Source: Longimicrobiales bacterium
Lineage (GTDB): Bacteria > Gemmatimonadota > Gemmatimonadetes > Longimicrobiales > Gaopeijiaceae
DNA: 64,000 bases
Direction of reading: 5' to 3'
NCBI GenBank assembly: GCA_965248195.1
Contig: CBDFIQ010000002.1
Span: 128,001 to 192,000 of the forward strand
In this document: positions 40,258-50,935 of the stretch, piece after piece
Layout: each line of letters opens with the position of its first letter
How positions within the stretch are numbered: the stretch's first letter is position 1
The notes under the pieces: generated by a model
The model's database searches: none
What the model saw: only the letters and a program-made list of their open reading frames with translations
What the model was told of the DNA's origin: nothing
Program-made: the position numbers and the translations under genes

Positions 40258-41511
40258 TCAAACCGCCGAGGCCGCAGCTTCGGCCGGGGGCTCGTATGAC
40301 GCGGAGACCCGTCCGCCCCGGCGACCGCTTTCCACCGCCGTTTCGATGAAGTGGACGCCTCGGGCGCCGTCCTGCACGGTGGGGAAGTCGCCGTCGAATG
40401 GACAGGGGTCCGCAGTCCCCTTCCTGACCTGAACGGTGCGGGCGACGTTCCGGTAGAGATTCGCGAACGCCTCGATGAAACCCTCCGGATGTCCGGCGGG
40501 GAGTCGAGTGTGCGCCTGGGTCCGTGCCGAAAGGTCCGAGCCCCCGACGTGGAGCAGCCGTTCGGATCCGTCCGCCGCCATCAGCCGGAGGCGGTCCGGA
40601 ATCTCCTGGTTCCAATCCAGCCCTCCCTCGGTCCCGTAGACCCGAAGGCGGAGGTGGTTGCGCTCGCCCACCGAGATCTGAGAAGCGAGCAGAACGCCTC
40701 TCGCACCGCCCTCGAAGTGGAGGAGCACCGCGGCATCGTCTTCGAGGGCCCGGCCCGGTACCAGGGTCCCGAGGTCGGCAAACAGGCTCTCGACCTCCAG
40801 GCCCGTGACATATCGGGTCAGGTTGTGGGCGTGGGATCCGATGTCTCCCAAAGCCGAAGAGATGCCTGCCCGGTTGGGGTCCGTCCGCCACTCGGCCTGC
40901 TTGTGCCCGTCCGCTTCCAGTAGGGTGGCGAGCCAGCCCTGCGAATACTCGACGACCACCTTGCGAACCGGCCCCAGGGAGCCGGAGCGCACCCGCTCTC
41001 GGGCCTCCTTGACCATCGGGTAACCCGTGTAGTTGTGCGTCACGGCGAAGATACGATCCCCTTCAGCAGCCATCCGGCACAGGGTCTCGGCATCCTCCAG
41101 GGTGGTTGTGAGGGGCTTGTCGCACGCCACATGGAAGCCCGCCTCGAGAAACAAGCGAGCCACCGGAAAGTGGAGGTGGTTAGGGGTCACGATCGACACG
41201 ATTTCGATACGCTCGTCGGGCGTGAGGGCCGCCTCGGCACGCACCATCTCCTCGTACGAGGCGTACGTCCGCGTGGGATCGAGTCCGAGTTCCTCCCCTG
41301 TTTGCCGTGAGCGCTCCCCATCCGACGAGAACGCACCTGCCGCCAACGTGAACTGGCCGTCTAGGGCCGCGGCCATCCGGTGGACGGGCCCGATGAACGC
41401 GTCAGGACCGCCGCCCACCATGCCGTAGCGGACGGCCGTCAACGCACGATCCGCTGTACTTCTCGCACAGCCTTTAGGCCTCGATCCGTTCGACGACATA
41501 TCCGCCGTCAC
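40258..41511 (-). CDS. Gfo/Idh/MocA oxidoreductase
   Basis: GMVGGG..FIG, TPNHLH, CDKP, GDIGSH, GHPEG. Confidence 0.92.
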   Translation of the reverse strand: MTADMSSNGSRPKGCARSTADRALTAVRYGMVGGGPDAFIGPVHRMAAALDGQFTLAAGAFSSDGERSRQTGEELGLDPTRTYASYEEMVRAEAALTPDERIEIVSIVTPNHLHFPVARLFLEAGFHVACDKPLTTTLEDAETLCRMAAEGDRIFAVTHNYTGYPMVKEARERVRSGSLGPVRKVVVEYSQGWLATLLEADGHKQAEWRTDPNRAGISSALGDIGSHAHNLTRYVTGLEVESLFADLGTLVPGRALEDDAAVLLHFEGGARGVLLASQISVGERNHLRLRVYGTEGGLDWNQEIPDRLRLMAADGSERLLHVGGSDLSARTQAHTRLPAGHPEGFIEAFANLYRNVARTVQVRKGTADPCPFDGDFPTVQDGARGVHFIETAVESGRRGGRVSASYEPPAEAAASAV

Positions 41512-43015
41512 GGCGGTCCCGCATGTACAGCGTGCCGAAGATCAACATGAGCACACCGCACAAGGGCACCACGTACCGGAACGATATGAGCCCACCATAG
41601 TTGTCCGCCGGCCCGAGCACAGATTGGGCCTCGGCCACCAGCTCCGGAGACGCGTCGGAGGCGATGATGGCGCGAAGCGCGTTCGCGGTGGCGGGCTGGG
41701 GTAACGATCCAGTATTCCCGTAGTCCGCCACCAGATCTCCGGCTGCTTGGGCCGCCGCTCGGGCGTCGATGTCGTCAACCCCACCCAACGTGGTGGTGCT
41801 CGATTCCAGGAGAGCCACCGTGGCCGCGACGGGAAGCCGCTCGTGGGCGTACCGGTCCGCGATCTGTCCCATCATGGGTGAAGTGACCAGTCCGACCGTG
41901 GCCATCCCGACCGTCCCCATGAGGCCCAGTCCCAGGGCGCCGCTCTTGGGCACCCGCTCCGAGACCACCCCCAGCATGGTGGGCCAGAAATAGCAGACCC
42001 CCACGGCGAAGACAGTGGCGGAGCCGAAGGTCGCCCAGCCGGCCCCGCCGAGGCTCAGGCCCAACAGGCCCACCCCCGACAGGGCGGCGGAAGCGAGAAG
42101 GACGCCGGTGGGGGAGAGTTGCTTCACCACGGGACCAGCGCGGTAGCGAAGCACAGCCATGAGGCCGTTGATCCACACGAGCACGAGGATCCCCGCCATG
42201 CCCCCCGCCTCCAACACGGCCGGGACCCAGCGATTGGGTCCCAGCTCCACCGAGGCGGTCATGGCCATGGCCACCAGCATCACCCACATGAGGGGCGTGT
42301 TGAAGGACGCCTTGAACATCTCGCCGACGCTGACCCCCGCCCGCACCCCCTCCGTAGCCGGAAACGGTTGGGTGAGCAGGAGCCATCCGTACGCCAGCGT
42401 CGGGACCAGGATGAGGCCCAGCTTGAGCTGCCAGGCCCCGATTCCTACAGCGTCCAGGCCGAAGCTGGCCAACCCGCCGAGAACCACTCCCCCGGGAAAC
42501 CACACGTGGAATTGGTTGAGCTTGACCGTCTTGTTCTCGGGATAAAGGCTCGCCACCAGCGGATTACACGCCGCTTCGACGAGGCCGTTGGCCATGGCGA
42601 TGACCAGCGCCCCAGTGAAGAGCGTCCAGAAGCCGCCGGCCCCGATCATGATCAGGGTGCCCGCTAGGTGTCCCAGGAACGAGAGCCGGAGCAGGAAGCG
42701 CATCCCCAGCGTATCGCACAGGGGCGCAAAGACGAGTTGCGACACCGCGAATCCCCAGAGGGCCGCGCCGCCGATCCACCCCACCTCCTGGTTGGTCAGC
42801 ACGAACTCCCTCTTGAGAGCGAGCATGATGGCGCCCACGGTGGCGAAGGCCACCGACGTGGCGATGAGAGCCACGCAGCTCCCGAAGAAGAGCCGCCCGT
42901 CGTGAACGGAGGGAGCGTCGGTGCCGGAAGGAGGGTCGGCGCCGGAGGGAGCGTCGGTAACGGAAGGAGAGCCGGTGCCGGAAGGAGAGCCGGTGCCCGA
43001 GGGGGAGTCGGTCAT
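41474..43015 (-). CDS. MFS transporter
   Basis: Multiple TM helices; GLVEAACNPL, WFPGG, FWPTMLG; N-terminal 6-aa repeats. Confidence 0.88.
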   Translation of the reverse strand: MTDSPSGTGSPSGTGSPSVTDAPSGADPPSGTDAPSVHDGRLFFGSCVALIATSVAFATVGAIMLALKREFVLTNQEVGWIGGAALWGFAVSQLVFAPLCDTLGMRFLLRLSFLGHLAGTLIMIGAGGFWTLFTGALVIAMANGLVEAACNPLVASLYPENKTVKLNQFHVWFPGGVVLGGLASFGLDAVGIGAWQLKLGLILVPTLAYGWLLLTQPFPATEGVRAGVSVGEMFKASFNTPLMWVMLVAMAMTASVELGPNRWVPAVLEAGGMAGILVLVWINGLMAVLRYRAGPVVKQLSPTGVLLASAALSGVGLLGLSLGGAGWATFGSATVFAVGVCYFWPTMLGVVSERVPKSGALGLGLMGTVGMATVGLVTSPMMGQIADRYAHERLPVAATVALLESSTTTLGGVDDIDARAAAQAAGDLVADYGNTGSLPQPATANALRAIIASDASPELVAEAQSVLGPADNYGGLISFRYVVPLCGVLMLIFGTLYMRDRRDGGYVVERIEA

Positions 43016-43017
43016 GA

Positions 43018-43731
43018 TCAAGCGAGTCCCAGAAACTCGAGGACCTCGGGAGGCGGTGGATCCCACCGCTCCAGCGGTACGTTGCCGATGTATTGGAGGT
43101 CCTGCATCCCCTCGTCGGTGGTCCAGAAAGCGCCGGCCGTGAGGTCACGGACGCGGGCGAAAAAGCGAGCGCCCGACTCAAATCTGGGCGCCGCGTCCGG
43201 TACGTGGGAGATGTCGGCGCAGACTTCGTCCTTGCGCTGGAGACTCAGATCCCGGAAGCGTGTGCCTCGGCCGAAGCGGCGGCCCGCCTCCCCGTCGAGC
43301 CACACGAGTCCTTCCCGGATGAGAATCCGGTCTCGGCCCATGGGCTCGTAAGGGGCGCTCACCCACTCGTCGATGTAGTGGTGAGTACCCAACTCGCTGG
43401 CCGAAGGGGAGCGCTCGTCGGCCGGAAGGATCACGTCGCAGAGAGAAGCGAGCGTTTCCAGCTCATCCTGAGTGAGAACGCGCTCCCAGGGGATGACCGG
43501 CGACAGGAGATCCGGGTCCCACAGCGTACCGGCGGGGAGGGCGTTGCGGATCAGAGCCGACCCATCGGCCCCCTCTTCCGCCCCGGTCCCGCATGACGCC
43601 AGACCGGGGGTCGCCGCTGCCACCGCCATGACCTTCAGGGCCATCCGCCGGTTCATGGGGAGGAGCACGGGGAGGGATTGCCCGCTGGTCTCACGCCGTT
43701 CCTCGCTCATCCGCGGCTCGTCCTTGCTCAT
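43018..43731 (-). CDS. Gluconate 2-dehydrogenase subunit 3 family protein
   Basis: NRRMAL Tat motif; LCDVILP, YIDEWVSAP, FWTT..G..DLQYIGN. Confidence 0.85.
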   Translation of the reverse strand: MSKDEPRMSEERRETSGQSLPVLLPMNRRMALKVMAVAAATPGLASCGTGAEEGADGSALIRNALPAGTLWDPDLLSPVIPWERVLTQDELETLASLCDVILPADERSPSASELGTHHYIDEWVSAPYEPMGRDRILIREGLVWLDGEAGRRFGRGTRFRDLSLQRKDEVCADISHVPDAAPRFESGARFFARVRDLTAGAFWTTDEGMQDLQYIGNVPLERWDPPPPEVLEFLGLA

Positions 43732-43747
43732 CCGTTGCTCTCCCTCT

Positions 43748-45529
43748 TCATCCGATGCTCCCGCGCTGGAGCTCGTCCACCAGATAATCCGTCGCGCGCC
43801 ACGCGACGGACATGATGCTCAAGGTGGGGTTCTTGTCTGCGTTGGACAGGAAACATCCGCCATCGGTCACGAAGAGGTTATCCACCTCCCACGACTGGCA
43901 GAATGAGTTGAGCACGGATCTCGACGGGTCGTCGCCCATGCACACGCCCCCCACTTCGTGAATGATCTCACCGGGCGGGGCGATGGCGTCGGCGCCGTCG
44001 TCGTGGATGGTACTGAGTACCCGACCGCCCATGGACTCGATGATCTCGGCGAACGTGTGCTCCATGTGCCGGGCCTGGTTCAGCTCGTGGTCCGACCACT
44101 TCCAGTGGAAACGAAGGACCGGGATGCCCCACTGATCCACAGTGTCCGGATCGAGCTCACAATAGCAGTCCTCGTTCGGAATCATCTCCCCCCGTCCGCT
44201 GAAGCCGACGAACGACCCGTAGTAGCGGCGGCAGTCCTCCTTGAACGCCTGTCCGTAGGATCCCTCCGTGAAGCGTTCCAGCCGATTGAAGGTGCCGCCG
44301 CCCGGCATGCGCCGTCCGCCTCCCAACTCGATGTGATAACCCCTCGCGAAGTCCAGACGACCCCGGGCCTGCTCCCCGTATAACCACCACGGCACATACA
44401 TATGCATGGCAGAGGCGCCGTCGGTGTTGTGGGGCGGCATGTTCTCCAACGCAGGGATCTGGCCCTGCACCCCGGCGCCCACCGTGTCCATGATGTATTT
44501 CCCCACCAGTCCGCTTCCGTTGGCCAGGCCGTCTGGAAACAGGTTGCTCTTGGAGTTGAGGAGGATCCGAGCGGACGAGAGGGCGCTCGCGGCGAGGACC
44601 ACAACTCGCGCGCTAACGTGTTCGTCGAGGCGGGTGTGCTTGTCGATGTAGTGGACCCCCGTGGCCCTTCCCCGCGCGTCGACCGTCACCTCACGCACCA
44701 TGGCGTCGGTGATGAGATCCACATTGCCCGTGGCCAGGGCCGGTGGGATCAGGACCGTGGGGGACTGGAAATTCGCCTTGATGGAGCAACCCCGGCCGCA
44801 CGGCGTGGCCCAGAAGCAGGCCGCCCGCGAGCGCATGGACTCGCTGAGCACGCGCTGGGCCAGCGGGTTGTTCGGATGGATGAGTCCCGGAAGCGTCTCG
44901 TGGTCCTGCACCTCGGACAGAATGGCGATGTGGGCCGGGATCACTGGAATTCCCAGTTCCGCACAGGCGCGCTGTTCAAACAGTTCGTGGGCGCGCGGGG
45001 CAGGCGGAGCCTGGAGGACCCCAGGGGACGAATCGGGCGTGTTCTCGAGCCCCTCGTTGGACCCGTACACGCCGATGAGCCTCTCGGTCTTGTCGTAGTA
45101 TGGGGCCATGTCCTCGTACGACATGGGCCAGTCGAAGCCCAGACCATCCCGTGAGAAGGGCTTGTAGTCGTACGGCCCCATGCGGAGCGAGATGCGGCCC
45201 CAATGGTTGGTGCGACCACCCAGCATGCGGGCCCTCCACCAGCGGAAGTTGGTGCCCTCGCCTGATGTGTACGGCTCGCCGGGGACCTGCCAGCCGCCAT
45301 CGACCGTGGCGTCATAGAAGCCGAAGGGCTTCTCGGGCGTCCCGGCTCCCCGGAGCGGTGCGTCCTTGGGGAGGTTGAACATGGGGGTCTCGGCAACCGG
45401 GTCGTAGTTCCTCCCCGCTTCGAGCAAGAGGACCTTCACTCCGGCCACGGCGAGGAGATAGGCACACATGCCACCAGCGGCGCCCGAGCCCACTACGATG
45501 ACGTCGTATTCCTGCTGGGCTTGGCTCAC
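43748..45529 (-). CDS. GMC oxidoreductase (glycoside 3-dehydrogenase-like)
   Basis: GSGAAGG, LGGRTNHW, C..CxxxC cluster, IHEVGG, NPTLSI. Confidence 0.9.
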   Translation of the reverse strand: MSQAQQEYDVIVVGSGAAGGMCAYLLAVAGVKVLLLEAGRNYDPVAETPMFNLPKDAPLRGAGTPEKPFGFYDATVDGGWQVPGEPYTSGEGTNFRWWRARMLGGRTNHWGRISLRMGPYDYKPFSRDGLGFDWPMSYEDMAPYYDKTERLIGVYGSNEGLENTPDSSPGVLQAPPAPRAHELFEQRACAELGIPVIPAHIAILSEVQDHETLPGLIHPNNPLAQRVLSESMRSRAACFWATPCGRGCSIKANFQSPTVLIPPALATGNVDLITDAMVREVTVDARGRATGVHYIDKHTRLDEHVSARVVVLAASALSSARILLNSKSNLFPDGLANGSGLVGKYIMDTVGAGVQGQIPALENMPPHNTDGASAMHMYVPWWLYGEQARGRLDFARGYHIELGGGRRMPGGGTFNRLERFTEGSYGQAFKEDCRRYYGSFVGFSGRGEMIPNEDCYCELDPDTVDQWGIPVLRFHWKWSDHELNQARHMEHTFAEIIESMGGRVLSTIHDDGADAIAPPGEIIHEVGGVCMGDDPSRSVLNSFCQSWEVDNLFVTDGGCFLSNADKNPTLSIMSVAWRATDYLVDELQRGSIG

Positions 45530-46350
45530 GGCAGCCGCCGAATCTTGATGTTCCGGAAGGCGGCTCTATCTCCGTGATCTTGCAGCCCGATGTGGCCTCT
45601 GGACGCCTGTCCGTATTCAGGCCACTCGTTGAACTTGCTACCGGCGACGCGCTCCAACCAGTCGGCGCTGCCGAGCTCGTATTCCACGGTACGGACGCCG
45701 TTCAACCAGTGCTCCACGTGGTCGCCGTTCACGAGAATGCGCACGGAGTTCCACTCCCCGACGGGCCGCGCCAGGCCCCGGGGAGCTGGATGGAGTCCGA
45801 AGTTGGACCCCACCGACGTGAGGGCCGACTGACCGTCGGGGTGGTTGTTGTCGTCGAGGATCTGCATCTCGGGCGCGCCCATGTAGATTTGCTCGGAGCC
45901 TTCCACGGCATGGAAGAAAATGCCACTGTTCCCGCCGAGCTCCACCTTCCACTCCAGCGTCAGGTCGAAGTTCTCGAACTGCTCCTTGGTGATGACGTCC
46001 CGCCCCGGTCCAACAAGGGTGAGCTCTCCGTCCAGGACCCGCCACCCGTCGGGCACTCCGCTCATCATGTAGCCGCGCCACCCTTCCGTGCTGTGCCCGT
46101 CGAAGAGGAGCTCCCAGCCCGCCTCGCGCTCGGCGTCCGTCAGTGCGTTGATGGGCCGCTCGAGCAGCGGCGTCTGTTGTGCCCCGGCCGATCCCGAGAG
46201 TAGGAGCGGCCCGCATCCCAGCACCGCGACGCCAACAGCCGGGAGCAGGCAAGCGACCAAGCGTGCTCGTGCAGAGTCGCGTCGGGTCCAGTCTTGCGGG
46301 GCCGATGCAGGCCGAGCCCGGGATCCGGTAGTCTTCGTGGCCCCGGTCAC
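45526..46350 (-). CDS. DUF1080 (3-keto-disaccharide hydrolase family) protein
   Basis: [39 protein letters not shown]. Confidence 0.9.
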   Translation of the reverse strand: MTGATKTTGSRARPASAPQDWTRRDSARARLVACLLPAVGVAVLGCGPLLLSGSAGAQQTPLLERPINALTDAEREAGWELLFDGHSTEGWRGYMMSGVPDGWRVLDGELTLVGPGRDVITKEQFENFDLTLEWKVELGGNSGIFFHAVEGSEQIYMGAPEMQILDDNNHPDGQSALTSVGSNFGLHPAPRGLARPVGEWNSVRILVNGDHVEHWLNGVRTVEYELGSADWLERVAGSKFNEWPEYGQASRGHIGLQDHGDRAAFRNIKIRRLP

Positions 46351-47008
46351 ATCGACCATCCGGGCCGGTACTCGCGCGTCAGGTACTGATTGGCTTCCTC
46401 GACGTTGGTCACACGCATGTTCCCTCCATCGTAATGGATTTTCCGTCCCTGACCCGTACGCAGCGCCACGATCCCGAGGAGCATCACTTCGGTGAGTCGG
46501 GCCGCATAGTCGAAGGGCGTCGTCGCCGTCGCCTGCCCTTTGCAAGCGAGTGCCCAGTTCATCTCGTGGCTCTCCTCGATGCGCGCGTAGGTTTGAGGTA
46601 CCACCGCCGCCTCTTCCTGGAGCTCGCGGGTGTGGCGATGAGGACGGCATCGATGTCGCTCTGCTTCTCGAGCATCTCGCGGAAGTCACTGTACCGGGCG
46701 GCAGCCGCGAATTGCTCCTGCCACCGCACGACCTTGGAGCGCTCGTTCTCATCGCCATCCGTCGGGAGCTCGGCGACCTTGCTCGTCACGTAGTCGAAGT
46801 CCACGTCACAGACCGCGACGATGTTCTCGGTTCCCAGCTCCTGAGCATTCTCGCCGCCCATCCCGCCTGCTCCGACGACGGCGATGTTGAGCGTGTCGCT
46901 CGGAGCCTGATATCCCACCCCACCCAGGACGTGTCGCGGCACGATCATGCCGCCCAACGCGAGCTTCGAAGTGCCTTGGACGAAGTCCCGGCGGGTCAGT
47001 CCGTTCAT
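46347..47008 (-). pseudogene. Gfo/Idh/MocA oxidoreductase with internal deletion and frameshift
   Basis: Tat TRRDF...GAGGMG...DAVLIATP joined out of frame to the C-terminal RELQEE...LTEVMLLG...YRPGW. Confidence 0.85.
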
Positions 47009-47212
47009 CTTCACGGCGAGCTCTCCCTTGGAGCGGAAGTATCGTGATCTGCGCCGGAGCGCGATCGTCCCGGGACTCGCCCGACAACATACGCGGGTTC
47101 GGCCCCGCAGACACGGCACCAGCGCCCCGACCGTGCTCCTGCGCACCCGAGTGCCCCACATTTAGCCTACCGAAGTAAGCGACTATCCCCCGTCCCCGGG
47201 GTAGGATGCGCA

Positions 47213-48141
47213 ATGACCACTCACAAGCACCGAGTTATCCCGTGGCTTGCCTATCCGGGTGCGATGGTCAGCGCCTTCCTCGTGTACGCTTTGCTCGATG
47301 CGCAGAGCGTCTCCGTCATGGTGAGCGCGTACGTTGCGGTCGTGTTCGGCGCGGCTGCGGTGACCCTGCTGGAGTTCATCATCCCGTACGATCGGGCCTG
47401 GCAACCCGATCGCGGAGACGTGAAGAACGATCTGCTCTTCATGGTGGCGGAGACGTGAAGAACGATCTGCTCTTCATGGTGATGGTTCAGATGGTGTTGC
47501 CACCGCTCCTGGGACTGCTCGCAGGTGTCAGCCTCGTCAGGTACCTCCGTGTGGAGGAGTGGCCCATCACGCTGTGGCCGCAGGACCTGCCGTTAGCCGT
47601 CCAGGTCGTGCTCATGTTGCTCGTAGCAGAATTCTTCCGTTACTGGCTCCACATCACGGCTCACAACACCAAGCTGCTGTGGCGCTTTCACGCCGTGCAC
47701 CACTCCCCCCACAAGCTCTACTGGCTCAACGTGGGACGTTTTCATCCGATGGAGAAGGCGCTTCAATACATGCTGGACATGCTGCCCTTCATTCTCGTGG
47801 GAGTCACCGAGCCGGTGATCGCCCTGTACTTCGTATTCTATGCCGTTAACGGCTTCTTCCAGCACTCGAACGTCGACGCGAGATACGGAGTGTTGAACTA
47901 CGTGGTGAGTGGCGCAGAGCTGCACCGCTGGCATCACTCGAAGCTCGTCGAGGAGTCCAACCGCAACTACGGCAACAACCTGATCGTGTGGGATCTGGTT
48001 TTCGGAAGCTGGTTTCTGCCCCGGGATCGCCGAGTAGGGGACTTGGGGCTGATCAACAGGAGCTATCCGCTCGATTTCGCATCCCAGATGAAGACCCCGT
48101 TCTCCTCAGGCCTGGACAAGACAGACTCCTCCGACTCATGA
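47213..48141 (+). pseudogene. Sterol desaturase/fatty acid hydroxylase, frameshifted by a 35-bp duplication
   Basis: His boxes YWLHITAH, FHAVHH, FQHSN, HRWHH; N- and C-parts lie in different frames. Confidence 0.85.
47412..47481 (+). repeat. Perfect 35-bp tandem duplication
   Basis: gcggagacgtgaagaacgatctgctcttcatggtg x2 (47412-47446, 47447-47481). Confidence 0.97.
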
Positions 48142-49820
48142 GCCGCTCGCTGAACGCACTCCTTTGGGGGCGGATGCAGCTACTCAGGTGGACCAACTGG
48201 AGGCCGTTGGTTGCGGCCGCCCGGCATCCGCGGCGAACGCAGAACCAGTGGCTGCGGCGTCATCTCGCCCGCAACGCCGACACACGTTTCGGCCGCGAGC
48301 ACGACTTCCGGACGATCACATCGTACGAGGAGTTTGCAGCACGCGTACCGATCCAGACGTACGAGACTCTGCGACCCTACATCGAAGGGCAGGAGCAGCA
48401 CGGCGAGCCAGCGCTCAACGCTGATCCGCCCATCATGTACGCTCAAACGAGCGGAACCACGGGGAAGCCGAAGCTCATACCGATCCTCCAGTCCACGTTG
48501 GAGAATCACCGCCGGAGCCAGGGGAGTCAGGCCTTCATCCAGTTCTCGACCGTTCCGGGTGCCTATTCCGGCAGGCTTCTGCCCATCGTCAGTCCGGCCG
48601 TGGAGGGAACGCTTCCGTCGGGCACCCCCTACGGCTCCGCTTCGGGACACGTGTACAAGAACATGCCCACGCTCGCCCGAGCCAAGTACGTTCTGCCGCA
48701 CGAAGTCTTCGAAATCGAAGACTACGACCTCAAGTACCGCACGATTCTGCGATTGGCCGCGCCGGCTCGTGACATCACCTTCATGGCGAGCGCCAACCCC
48801 TCGACGTTCCTTCGCCTGTTGGACCTGCTAGCTGAGCACCGGCTAGAGCTCCTCGAGGACATCGCTTCGCAACGCTTCCGTCACCTCGACGAGCTTCCAA
48901 GCTCGATCGCCGACGCCGTGCTACCCCGCCTTCGGACATCGAAGGTGCGCGTCGCCGAGCTCGATTCGGTTCTCCGCCTTCCGGCCCCGGCCTTCAAGCA
49001 CCTGTGGCCCGACCTCCGACTCGTAACGACGTGGACCGGAGGCAGTTGCCGTCTCGCCCTCAGCAAGGTCGTCGACGCGTGCCCCGGGTTCACCCGCATC
49101 GGCGAGCTGGGCTACCTCTCCAGCGAGTTCCGCGGAACGATTACCGTCGATCTCGAGCGCAACCTCGGCATGCCGACCATCCATGAGAACTTTCTGGAGT
49201 TCGTGGAGCGCGATGATTGGGACTCGGGCGATCGTCATGCCGTGACGGTCGAATATCTCGAGCTGGGTCGCGAATACTACGTCATAGTCACCACCGACTC
49301 GGGCCTCTACCGATACTTCATGAATGATCTCGTCGAAGTAACCGGGCGTTTCCACGCGACTCCCACCACCCAGTTCGTGCGGAAGGGTAGGGGCGTCACG
49401 AGCATCACGGGGGAGAAGCTCTATGAGAACCAGGTCATCGAAGCGGTGCAGGCTACCGGAGACGAGCTCGGCCAGTCCACGGATTTTCTGCTCATGTTGG
49501 CTGATCCCGAGGAATCACGTTATCGCCTGGTGATCGAGCTGGACCTGGACCGAACTGCTGCAGAGCAGTGGGGTCGCTCAGTGGAGCGGGCACTGGGCGA
49601 GCGGAATCTCGAGTACGCGCAGAAGCGGAAAAGCGGTCGCCTTCGCGCTCTGCAGATCATCTCAGTGGCTTCCGGCACTGGGGAACTCTACAAGCGGCAC
49701 ATGTTAGCGAAGGGGCAGAGAGAGGGCCAATTCAAGCTCGTCGCTCTCCAATATGCGACCGACTGCACGTTCGACTTCACACGCGCGAGCCCGACACATG
49801 CCTCGCTCGACCCGACATGA
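48138..49820 (+). CDS. GH3 family acyl-acid amido synthetase
   Basis: TRFGREHDF, QTSGTTGKPKLIP, YLSSE, GLYRYFMND, ITGEKL; ATGA coupling. Confidence 0.9.
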   Translation: MSRSLNALLWGRMQLLRWTNWRPLVAAARHPRRTQNQWLRRHLARNADTRFGREHDFRTITSYEEFAARVPIQTYETLRPYIEGQEQHGEPALNADPPIMYAQTSGTTGKPKLIPILQSTLENHRRSQGSQAFIQFSTVPGAYSGRLLPIVSPAVEGTLPSGTPYGSASGHVYKNMPTLARAKYVLPHEVFEIEDYDLKYRTILRLAAPARDITFMASANPSTFLRLLDLLAEHRLELLEDIASQRFRHLDELPSSIADAVLPRLRTSKVRVAELDSVLRLPAPAFKHLWPDLRLVTTWTGGSCRLALSKVVDACPGFTRIGELGYLSSEFRGTITVDLERNLGMPTIHENFLEFVERDDWDSGDRHAVTVEYLELGREYYVIVTTDSGLYRYFMNDLVEVTGRFHATPTTQFVRKGRGVTSITGEKLYENQVIEAVQATGDELGQSTDFLLMLADPEESRYRLVIELDLDRTAAEQWGRSVERALGERNLEYAQKRKSGRLRALQIISVASGTGELYKRHMLAKGQREGQFKLVALQYATDCTFDFTRASPTHASLDPT

Positions 49821-50935
49821 GCTCATTGGCCTTTTACCGCGTCGTCATACCCTTCCGGCAGCGGTTCAAGCATGGCTCGGCGGAGCGTACGCAGACACAG
49901 GCCGTTTGGGTCGAGGTCGATCGGGACGGAGTGACCGGCGTCGGCGAAGGCTGTCCGCGCGAGTACGTCACGGGGGAAAGCGTCGAGACTGCGGAGCGCT
50001 TCCTGACGGCGCACCGGCGTACGTGGGAGAGGGACTTCGAGACACTGGACGATATGACGAGATGGCTCGACGAGAGCGAGGGCATCGTGGACGCAAACCC
50101 GGCGGCGTGGTGCGCCGTCGAGCTCGCGTACCTCGACCTGTTCGGAAGGGAGCGTGCGCAATCCGTCGAGGAGCTCACGGGTGTCCCTCCGCTGCGGGGC
50201 TCTTTTTGCTACACGGCAGTCGTGGGGGACAGCGACGCTGAGACCTTTGATGCCATCGTGGGCCAATACCGGCGAATGGGCTTTTCTGACTTCAAGCTCA
50301 AGCTCTGCGGCGACATGGACCGGGATCGAGAGAAGCTGGCGCTCCTGCGCAAGCACGGAGTGCCCGAGAGCCACGTGCGGGTGGACGCCAACAACCTGTG
50401 GGACGATACCGGGGAAGCGATTCGGCATCTGACGGCGCTCGACTTCGCGTTCTTCGGCATCGAGGAGCCCTTGACGGCCGAGCAGCTGGATGCCCTACGA
50501 GAGGTCAGCAAATCGACCGGTTGCCAGATCATCCTCGACGAGAGCCTCGTGCGTGCCCGTCAGCTCGAGCTGCTCCTGCCGGACCCGGAGACTTGGATCC
50601 TGAACGTGCGGGTGTCGAAGATGGGTGGGGTCGTTCGGTCGCTCGACTTGCTCGGGCGTGCCAGCGAGTTAGGGCTCCCCGTGATCGTCGGCGCGCAGGT
50701 TGGCGAAACGAGCCTGCTTACCCGCGCTGGGCTCCTGGTGGCTGCCGCTGCTGGCGACTCTCTCCTGGGCCAGGAAGGAGCCTTCGGGACTTTCCTGCTG
50801 GAGCAGGACGTCTGCGAACCGCCCCTCATGTTCGGCGCGGGTGGAACGCTCGACGCGGACGCCTTGGGCCTCGCCTCACGGCCGGGACTAGGGATCGACG
50901 TCACGACCGCTCGGTCGATCTTCCAACCGTTGTGA
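49817..50935 (+). CDS. Mandelate racemase/muconate lactonizing (enolase superfamily) enzyme
   Basis: GEGCPREYVTGE, KLK, RVDAN, EEP, DES, NVRVSKMGG. Confidence 0.88.
   Translation: MSSLAFYRVVIPFRQRFKHGSAERTQTQAVWVEVDRDGVTGVGEGCPREYVTGESVETAERFLTAHRRTWERDFETLDDMTRWLDESEGIVDANPAAWCAVELAYLDLFGRERAQSVEELTGVPPLRGSFCYTAVVGDSDAETFDAIVGQYRRMGFSDFKLKLCGDMDRDREKLALLRKHGVPESHVRVDANNLWDDTGEAIRHLTALDFAFFGIEEPLTAEQLDALREVSKSTGCQIILDESLVRARQLELLLPDPETWILNVRVSKMGGVVRSLDLLGRASELGLPVIVGAQVGETSLLTRAGLLVAAAAGDSLLGQEGAFGTFLLEQDVCEPPLMFGAGGTLDADALGLASRPGLGIDVTTARSIFQPL

Noticed and set aside
46351..46758. Long N-terminal extension of the DUF1080 ORF
   Set aside because: Alternate-frame read of the Gfo/Idh/MocA pseudogene; a GTG at 46350 overlaps the upstream stop
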